This document shows positions 54,501 to 64,000 of a stretch of 64,000 bases of DNA, piece by piece. The position numbers were made by a program, and so were the translations under genes. Position 1 is the stretch's first letter, and every line of letters starts with the position of its first letter. Below the pieces are notes generated by a model that saw nothing but the letters and a program-made list of their open reading frames with translations, had not been told where the DNA came from and ran no database searches. The DNA comes from Botryllus schlosseri (Eukaryota), in NCBI GenBank assembly GCA_051294905.1, contig CM119371.1, positions 8,372,001-8,436,000 on the forward strand, in the 5' to 3' direction.

Positions 54501-54940
54501 TATTTAAATGAACTCGAATATTTTCGGATGACACTCGTCAGAGATAATCGTCAGCAACTAGTGGAGAATTGGAAAGAACATTGTATATCAACAATCGTAT
54601 CCCAAAATATGCCTTCACCAGCATGAAATGTCGAGAGAGTGAGCGTTCAATGCACTATTCCCATGCAGGTGGTACACGAACTCCATCTGTTGACAGAGTT
54701 TCGGCTGGTGTATTTTGATAAGATATAAAATACACCAGCCGAAACTCTGTCAACAGGAGTTCGTGTACCACCTGGGAATAGGGGATTGAATGCTTTCTCT
54801 CTCGAAATTTCATGCTGGTGACGTCATATTTTGTGATACGATTGTTGAAATACAATGTTCTTTCCAATTCTCTACTAGATTTGCTGACGAGTGTCGACCG
54901 AAAATATTCGGGTTCATTTCAATATTAATATACTATTCAA
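54485..54940. repeat. Long palindrome with ~215-230-bp arms and a 10-nt loop
   Basis: Perfect 30-bp core 54687-54716 / 54727-54756 around the loop GATAAGATAT. The arms continue outward with mismatches and indels. Confidence 0.92.
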
Positions 54941-55765
54941 CAGTAATAACAGTATAAAAGAAATGGATTCGGAACCAAAGCAAGGTGTATGTACAATGTA
55001 CATTGTACAGTAATGTCGTCAATAAATATTGTTTCTCACAAATTGACTAGTTTCATGATCAAATGATTGATTGAATTGCCAAAAAAACATAGTAAACCAA
55101 TTTTGGCTAAACAGTATGTTATTTTGGAACAGCCCTAATGTACAGTGCCACTAAAAACGAAAAGTTAAATAATTGAAGGCATAGCAAAAGTCTGGCCACA
55201 AAAAGACAAATTATTTTGCAAATGCAAAAATAACAAAATCCACTATGTACACTGTACAGGTACATTCCATACTAAAAGAAAGCAGTACTCACAGAACAAG
55301 TACTTGGAGCAAGGGAGATTAATTAGCCTACATTGTTTCAATCGATTGCTGGTCATTTTGATATTTTTTCCAAAAATTGATGAACTTGTTCGACTGAAAT
55401 CCCGAATTTTTATCACCAACAAGGACACGATGAATGAATGGAATATTTGAAAGACCTTGGGATAACTAAGATCCCATGCGCAGTAGCATGCTACGAGATC
55501 AATTATCATCTCAAACGGTCTTCTTTGGTTTTCGGATCTGCGCTTGATGGTGATGCCATTGGCCGCAATCCAAGATTGTTCATCTCCATTCTCATGACGT
55601 ACAATCAAAAGATGAGGAGGAGTCAACTTTGAAGTCGTTAAATCGACTGTAGGTACCTGGAATTAAAACAATATGTTAGCTTTAAATTATTTTGCTAAAT
55701 ATTCACGTGCGAATCCAGAGCACATGACCAACTTCAGCTAGAAATGCTTATAGGAGACTTCTCAT

Positions 55766-56733
55766 CAGGGATATAATGACTCGAGTAGGGCGGGGCACAA
55801 TGATTCGAGAACTCGAATCTGAATCGAGTATCAATTTCAATGATTCGAGTCGAGTAGTAAAAGTCGGTTTTTTCGAGCACTGAAATTATACACTCCTCGC
55901 CACTGCAAGTTAATTTATCAACAGGAATTATACTTTGGATACAATTTTCCCTTGTTGAAGCGTTGAAACCTTGATTCGCCGTAGCGAAACATGAGACATG
56001 ATACAAAGCTACGAACGTTACTGAAAATAACACATTTCCGAAGTCATGATCATTCCACAACATTGTCACAAAGTGCAATGAAACCCGTATGTTAAATTCT
56101 TTTATGACGTCATAATGAGTGATATTCGATTATTCGACTCGAAGCGTTTCACGTGATTCAGAATCGAATCACTCAGGTACTCGATTTTGCCCAGCCCTAG
56201 ACTCGAGTAACGACTTTCTCATGACTCGAGTCATTTTCTCAAAAAACAAAAATGACTCGACTCGACACAATCTGTGTATTGACTCGACTTGAGTCATTAC
56301 GCATGACTCGAACCAAGTCATATGACTCGAGACTCAGATGGCCAAGAAAGACATTTCATCGTTATTTCGAAGAATACTAAAATAACCACACTATTGGCAT
56401 TTCTTTTATTGGTACTGGCACTTTAAAATGCCACCAGGAACTACTAAAAAGTGAGGGAAATTAGTGTATTATAAATGCAAACCATTCGATATCATCAAAC
56501 AGTCATAAAAAGTGGGTTTAACAGGACTTCAACTGGAAACTTGAGCAGTCAACACAATGACTTGGACTTGAGTTATAACACCATGAATCGGACTCGAACC
56601 CCTACTTGTTGACTTGGACTCGGACTTGACTCGTGAATCGGTGAATTGAAAATGACTCGACTTGACTCGAGTCAATCCTATAAAAGCGAGATTGAGTTGT
56701 GACCCGGAGCCTTGTGACTTGGTTACGACCCTG
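55766..56733. mobile_element. GACTCGAG-rich hAT MITE (outer)
   Basis: Imperfect TIR CAGGGATATAA / TTACGACCCTG. Perfect 8-bp TSD CTTCTCAT. Confidence 0.88.
55786..56199. mobile_element. hAT MITE nested in a subterminal repeat of 55766-56733
   Basis: TIR TAGGGCGGGGCA / TGCCCAGCCCTA. Perfect 8-bp TSD GACTCGAG. Confidence 0.92.
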
Positions 56734-56781
56734 CTTCTCATACTAAAGATTTAAGTGTAGTTGAATCGGCGAATAGTTTAA

Positions 56782-57303
56782 AGGAGCACTGCACTCTAAA
56801 AATGATGTCGTCTCAAATTGAAGGGCGAAACGAGAAAATTTTCTAGGCCGCAGCCATTTTCTTCAGAACGCCACCGTAAAGGAGCTGCAATTTATTGAAT
56901 TTTCCACATCGGAATCATGCTCCAGCTGTCCCGCAGAAACCGAACTTTATATCGTTGTCAGCCGATGTTATTATGAAGGAAATATGTCGTACACGCAAAG
57001 GTAGTTTAGATACCGCGTTCAACGGAAAATGTTCAGTCAGGAGATTTATGTCAAAATCGGGCCTAGTGTATTCTATTGTTTTGGGACATAGGGCGTGTAC
57101 GACATATTTCTTTCATAGCATCGGCTTACAACTATACAAAGTTCGATTTCTGCGTGACTGCTAGAGTATGATTCCCCTGTGGAAAATTCAATAACTTGCA
57201 GCTCCATTACGGTGGCGTTCTGAAGAAAATGGCTGCGGCTTAAATAAATTCTCGTTACGCCCTTGAATTTGAGACGACATAGTTTTTAGAGTGCAGTGCA
57301 CCG
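56782..57303. mobile_element. Kolobok-type MITE with ~215-bp TIRs
   Basis: TTAA on both flanks and a purine-purine (AGG) start. Arms 56782-56997 and 57092-57303 are reverse complements. A degraded second copy follows at about 57472-57895. Confidence 0.8.
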
Positions 57304-60300
57304 TTAACAAATTGATTATAAGATATTATATTATTCGATTATAAATTGAAGCATTAATTGATGCACCAATTGTGTTCAGATGCATAAATTTCTCTACATC
57401 ATCAAAATTTCATGGGGTACCAATGAACCTCGGACCTCGTTCGATCATAACTTGTTAGCTGCTTAATCTTAGAGGGGCACTGCGATTTAAAAATGTTGTG
57501 GTCTCAAATTAACTCGCAGGTCGAAAAAAAGTTGCCGCAGCCAGCCATTGTCTTCAGAAAGCCACCGTTATGGTGCTGCAATTAAATTAAAGTTAACATA
57601 CGACCTCCTTTAGAAAGATCTGTCCTCCTTTTCAGGTTTTTGAAAATGTCGTCCTAGGAAATGCCTTCCTTTTTTGGCAACTCCAGTACTGTTAGTGTGA
57701 AAATCCTCCTTTCCCGATTCCAAAATATGATAAACATAAATTAAATGAATTTTGCATAAGACCCGTTACGCTCGAGCTTCCGCGTTTCTAGTGCGTTAAC
57801 TTCACCATGGCATATTTTCGCAACGAGTTAAGAATCGATGACGCGCAGCCACGTCAGTTGGTCTTAATACGAAATTTTGCAGCTCCATTACGTCAAGCAC
57901 AGTGTTTAGCATAGCATAATATACCTTCGTTTTGGGACGGCTCAAGAATTTCGATCATATATAAGGATTCTATTTTATAGAACTTCTATGTATATTCAAA
58001 TTGAAGCGGATCCATACTAGACAGGTAGCAAATCTTACCTGACGAACACATATCGCAATCAAACCATGGTTCGACTTCATTTTCTTGTCAGTTTCTTTCA
58101 GTTCGAGCAGGATATGAATCTCATCGTCTTCATTTCCCTGCAAACAATTAGATTCATAATAGACAGGTGAAGGACTAATAAGAACCATAATAGACAGGTG
58201 AGGGTCATTCCTGCAAAAGTTTCCATTCCAGCCATCACATTCTACATTTCAGATGAAGGCAAGTTTGGGCATTAGCGCTGTACGCAAGTTGTGGAATTAC
58301 TGATTAGATGCGCGCTATCTCGTTTGCTATCATCTGAAGGCTACTAATTCTTGTCTGCTTTATACACTCGCATTCCCTCGGTGTCACTTGTCAGTGTTTG
58401 ATTTGTTATTAATACTGCGCATTGTGCAGTACACGGCGTTGAATTACGTTGTCAAAAATTGATGCAACACGAGATTCTCGATGGCGCAAATTCTGAATTT
58501 ATTCGATTAGTTTGAACGACAACATTCTATGCTGATTTCCTTATTAGATGTACAAATTCGACCTCATATTTAGAAACGTAGATTTCATCGCGCGCTCCAA
58601 GAAACACCATCTCCTATTGCGATTTGACGAACAAATACACCTTCTACAAATTAAAGTGCATTATTTGCATCGATGAGGGCCGCAAGCCGCGTTCAAAATA
58701 TTTCAGCGGGAAATCGCGTCGCGTAGCATTGTGCGATGCGATATGCGTGCACAGACGAATATCGCTGATTGGTCGCTGCCCTGCGCAACACCGATAATAC
58801 GACTTGTTGAATCGCAACTGAATATTGGAGTCAGAATAGTCATTTCAAAAGATCGTTGTTTTGCGTTTCAAAAAGAGGGATTTCGACACCCCCTGGCTAC
58901 GCGCCTGCCGCCACCCCATGCAAAAAGAAAAGTCGGCGCCTATGTATGTAGCACTGTTAATTATCAAACATAATACCAACTTCTTGATCAGTGTCTGCTC
59001 TCCAAAAACTTTATCAAGAGTGAGAAGCATTTCCATACTTCTCATGCATTTCCTCAACACTTCTATCAACAAGCAGTTGAAACTCATGTCTGATCTATTG
59101 GGAATAACAAAGCGTTACTCAGAGCCGTTAGTCATGAATATGCACATCACTTAAACAGGTTAGCTAGAGTAAGTAAATTCATCCATATTATCTATTTTAA
59201 AATACATAGTTATTCACTAACTTATCTTGATACGAACATAATTAGATTTTTTTCATATAATCATCACAATAATTGAATTATTTTTAGCATATGGTATCAC
59301 GAAATCTAATTAATCTAACCTAATTAGTTGAATGTTTCCATATTCTTTCAATTCTGATCATATTCATTGTTCTTTTGAAAATGCCTAATTGACTAAGGTA
59401 TTTGGTAGTGAGCAAACAAAAATATCCGCCTCGTGCAACATCACGTGCAACTTTTCAGCTATGGTGCACAGACGCTAACCAATCTCATGCTCATTCCTAT
59501 GAACTAAGCTTGAATTTGGCTGGATTCCCTTGTCATTCATAATTTCTGTCAATTTTCAAGTTTTTGCAAGTTGAGTAATTCTAATTGTAATCTAATTTGG
59601 AAAAAAATGCGCTTTAATTCTAATCTAGTTCAATTTGAAAGGGCTGAAAATCTACTAGTTGTCCAAGCCTGGTACAGTGTACACTGTACACATGTTGTGT
59701 AATAGGAAAACAGTGTATATTAATGCAATAGGAAGATACATAGGCAATACAATTGCTTAATTTACCGAGGCACACAAACAATTTCATTTTACTGATTTTC
59801 GAAGTTATGACTGCAAATTGAAGTCATCTGTAACGAATGAAAGAACTCACCGGGTCTAATATCTTGCAGCATTGGAAATCTCTTCAAAATTTCAGCAACG
59901 CCACTGAATTCTAGCACCTTCAGCTGATTACGTCTGTCGTGAGGTGTGTACTTTATGAGAGTGATGACATTCAGCCAATTGGCGCCAGGTCTATTGAAGT
60001 CTGTTTCCAACTGCACCCTGGCATCTTCAATCGTTATATTAGGGTGACCTTTTGAATAACATGAAACTTATAAATGATAAAAAAAAGAATAACAATCATC
60101 CCAATCACCTGATGAGACTAGACACAAAGCCGGCGCTCTCCATGAAGACGTATCAGATGCCTTTGTCTTTTGTCTGAGATTCCTCAACTTTTTCGACAGC
60201 TTTTTCGAGAAGTAATACTGGAAAGCATTTGATCATGAATGCACTTTAATACAAAATATATTGAATTCGGAGAGGATTCGGGCAGCAGGTCATAGTCAAG

Positions 60301-60937
60301 AGAGGACGGTGCTTCATAGCAAAACAAGTCCAGTGTCTTCATATTTTTGTGTCTCCTTTTACAATGGCTATACGGAGATCTTCATATTTTTAATACACTA
60401 TGCCACAGATCCTGCATGACATGACAACACTCGGTTGTTGTCTGTGACAATAAATGTGTAGACAGAAAATCGGTAGTTCCGATAAAAGGGCACAACCAAC
60501 ACTTTCCATTAGACATTCTATCAAACCATATCAAGTAATTGAAACAGGTCAACTGCAAAGAAAGATGTACATAACTTCATCTGCAAGTGAGGTTTCATCA
60601 CTAGGTCTGTTATGATATCTTCGGATGAAATTAATAAACAGCATTAGCTCCCATTTTGATCGTCTGCTCTTATGGCGCATCAAGCTGCTAGATCGAAAAT
60701 AGGTAATATATATCTACCTACTCATACCGCTGGGCGCTAGTGCTGTATGTGAAACTCGATAAAATGAACATAACATTATTTACAGATGATGTAGAAAATT
60801 TACATAAACGAATTACCTTGCAGTAAATCAATGTGCTCCCTCTTAATTCCGTTTTGAACTAAAAACATCTCCATTTCCTCGCTATATGCTATTTAGATTC
60901 ACGTAACAAAGACCGACATATTCACGGTATATCTCAC

Positions 60938-63055
60938 CATAGTGTCCTATATGGTGTCGACACAAGCAAATCGCACGGTTCAATGAAATTGTATCACGTC
61001 ACAGTTTCCATTTGGCTACAGGCAATTTGACGGTGATTTTTGACCGACTTGCCGAGCATTAAATTTAATGAATCGGGTATCAATCGAAAGCTGACGCTGT
61101 ACTGCTTGCGAAAATATAAATTTTATTCCACTCATGGCCCTGGAACCCCCACAATCTGCCCCAAATTATTCATTGTCGAGTAGATTGGCAGTGTGACGCA
61201 ACAAAGATGTCTGGCGAAACGAGAGACTACCTCAAGAGCAAGGATGCGGCCGAGCGGCGAGAGTGGGATCAGCTGACGTCGCGGCAATAGCAATGTGCAA
61301 CCGCGCCACAGAGAAACGCTGCGCTGTTGATACTTTTTCTATGCGTTTCGGTACAAGCGAGCACACACCAGCCTTTCCTTGACTTGTAAGGGTAGAACTG
61401 GGTCCACAGAATGTATTTGGTCCCTACCAATTTTCGCGCAATCCTTCAGCTGTTAGAGATATTTCTAGTAAGAAAAATATACTTTCAAGTAATAAGATTC
61501 ACTCAAGACAGCAAATTCAGATAATGTAAAAATATCATATTGTAGTAATACAACTACAGTGTTGAGTTTTCACTCTAGTCCCCATAAGCACCACGTCGGT
61601 GACCTTGCCAAATTCCGAGAAGGCGAAAAAGTGCAAACTCTGTTGGGCCGAATGGACAATGGACATTCAGTTATTCACAGATGCAAAAAAATACTGCAAA
61701 TCCGTTTTACGTAAGTTACATTAGGAATATATATACAGGCTACAGAATGAATATAATTCAAATATCTGTGATACCACTGTATTACTTTTGACGCAAAAGG
61801 TCCCCGGCATTCAAAAAAACTGTTTGGTGATTGAAAAATGCTAAACCAAATTCCAACGTCAACGTTTATAGTGATATCAGATATATTCCAGTGAAAAACA
61901 AAGGTATGAATTTGGTGGTAACATTTTGGAATCATTTGGCAGGTATGGCCCGCAAGCTTTCTAGTAACGGATTGAATCCGGACAGCGATACCAGTTTAAT
62001 TCGACACTCCTGCTGTTAAACTTTATTCAACAATCAACATTTTACCTGCTGCATTAGCGGACCAAGTCCTACCCATACGGATCAAATAAAAGCTTGTAAT
62101 GTATGCTCATTGCTCATGCTCAATGCTCCTTGCTCACACTTAACCATAAAAGCGACTATAGAAAGTATCGACACCCGCCATCAACAGCGCGACGTGTCTC
62201 TGGAGCCCTACGCAACAAGCAGGGCTAAGGCAATCGATATCGTAATAATCTGACATATCCAATGTAGACTACTTAGACGTAGCCTACATATCTCTATCAG
62301 CTGAAGGATATTGCGCGAAAATTGGTAGGGCCATAATACATTCTTGTGGACCCAGTTGTACCCTTACAAGTCAAGGAAAGGCTGGTGTGTGCTCGCTTTT
62401 AGCGAAGCGCATAGAAAAAGTATCAACAGCGCCACGCATCTCTGGAGCCCTACGCAACAAGCGGGCTAAGGCAATCGATATCATAATAATCTGACATATC
62501 CAATGTAGACTACTTAGACGTAGCCTACATATCTCTATCAGCTGAAGGATATTGCGCGAAAATTGGTAGGGTTCTAATACATTCTGTGGACCCAGTTCTA
62601 CCCTTACAAGTCAAGGAAAGGCTGGTGTGTGCTCGCTTGTACCGAAACGCATAGAAAAAGTATCAACAGCGCAGCGTTTCTCTGTGGCGCGGTTGCACAT
62701 TGCTATTGCCGCGACGTCAGCTGATCCCACTCTCGCCGCTCGGCCGCATCCTTGCTCTTGAGGTAGTCTCTCGTTTCGCCAGACATCTTTGTTGCGTCAC
62801 ACTGCCAATCTACTCGACAATGAATAATTTCGGGCTGATTGTGGGGGTTCCAGGGCCGCGAGCGGAATAAAATTTATATTTTCGTAATCAATGCAGAGTC
62901 AGCTTTCGATTGATACCCGATTCATCAAATTTAATGCTCGGCAAGCCGGTCAAAAATCACCGTCAAATTGCCTGTAGCCAAATGGAAACTGTGACGTGAT
63001 ACAATTTCATTGAACCGTGCGATTTGCTTGTGTCGACACCATATAGGACACTATG
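60938..63055. mobile_element. Foldback element with ~525-bp TIRs and 7-bp TSD (P/Galileo-like)
   Basis: Termini CATAGTGTCCTATATGG / CCATATAGGACACTATG. Arms 60938-61462 and about 62529-63055 are nearly identical. TSD ATCTCAC at 60931-60937 and 63056-63062. Confidence 0.9.
62181..62670. repeat. Tandem duplication of a ~240-bp unit overlapping the inner part of the right TIR
   Basis: The unit starting ATCAACAGCGC..TCTCTGGAGCCCTACGCAACAAGC occurs at about 62181 and 62422. Confidence 0.9.
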
Positions 63056-64000
63056 ATCTCACTCACTCTGGTCCTGCGTGGTAATGATCGATTGTCTCAG
63101 GATTGCGTCATACAGTCACGTGACTCAGTAAGTCATGCGTAAAGAAGAGACAGAGTCAATTTTTCATTTCATCAATGATAAAATACCAAGGGTACTACTA
63201 ATAACTGAATGATTGCTATAATGTTGTTCGATGGCAAAGACAGCGTTACCGGATACAAGTAAAATGTTCAACATCGGGGTGTTTCATACATATTTGTATT
63301 AAAAATTTCTTCAGTAAGTTTGGTAGGGAAATAATATGATCACCTGTTTATTTTATCGCAATCTCTTGGTATGTTGATCCGATAATTTGTTTATAACAAA
63401 CTGAAATGAGAAACAAGCGATCAACTATAAGGATTAACGTGACTATCGTAGGTATGTAAAGTCAGATCAGAGCAAACCTCAAGACAGCGAGTCGTCGGTC
63501 AGGTATTGGTACAGCACGACCATAATATCTTATCACCAATCTATTTGCTTGAAGCCCGGTACCACTGTCGGTTACAACCTTGGTTAGTTATATCTGTAAT
63601 AATATTGTTTATTAAAAACTGCGGCCTGAAGAAAAATCTATAGCTTAGGACATACCGATCAAATCACATTTTGCGAGGCTTTTCGACGTGTATCAATATT
63701 ACCGCTCTTTTGGATGCCTGGGATGATATATCACGTCAATAGTAACTTCATGAAGTTTCAGAGCGAAGATTGGCCAGCGACCTCTCAAACTCCCTCTCAA
63801 TTGATATCCGGTATGAATGTTTGACACCGCATGAAATTCGTCCGGCATGACTGTACTGATATGCATGTGAGCTCATAGACACATCATATGAGCATTAACC
63901 CACATCTTATAACATTCCCTGATGATGTGTGGACGTGCACACAACATGGCGGATTCTCGATGTCAGATCTCAGCCGATAATATGTGTCAGTCAAATATTG

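Larger units (their letters stand above)
55328..60874 (-). pseudogene. Spliced, decayed SAMD3-like gene (typical accessory gene of animal CACTA/EnSpm elements)
   Basis: GT-AG exons at 60817-60874 (MEMFLVQNGIKREHIDLLQ), 60109-60217, 59851-60048 (YTPHDRRNQL...VAEILKRFPML), 58039-58137 and 55328-55656 (DLVACYCAWDLSYPKVFQIF...). Phases are compatible across 60109/60048 and 58039/55656. Other exons contain stops. Confidence 0.65.

Overview
This is animal (eukaryotic) genomic DNA: AT-rich, with short GT-AG introns, and mostly occupied by nested, decayed transposable elements. There are no prokaryotic genes, rRNA or CRISPR arrays. An invertebrate, possibly a tunicate, is my guess and cannot be established here. 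The main host-type locus is a 7-exon + strand gene model (27697-34099, about 559 aa) assembled by hand from splice phases. It encodes one clear but highly divergent forkhead domain of FoxN1/4-like character, with the recognition helix NSVRHNLS replaced by SSVRNRLS. It apparently also encodes a second, more degenerate forkhead domain upstream, interrupted by a 1-nt frameshift. Decayed copies of its first and last coding exons lie nearby (43536-45473 and 36828-36900). The rest of the window holds many hAT MITEs with 8-bp TSDs (some nested, some chained through shared TSDs), two Chapaev3 relics, a piggyBac relic, a Kolobok-type MITE, a foldback element with a 7-bp TSD, a near-full-length RNase H-containing LINE, Tx1 and Penelope fragments, a tRNA-derived SINE, and a decayed spliced SAMD3-like gene that is probably CACTA/EnSpm-borne. 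All family assignments come from visual motif recognition, not database searches.
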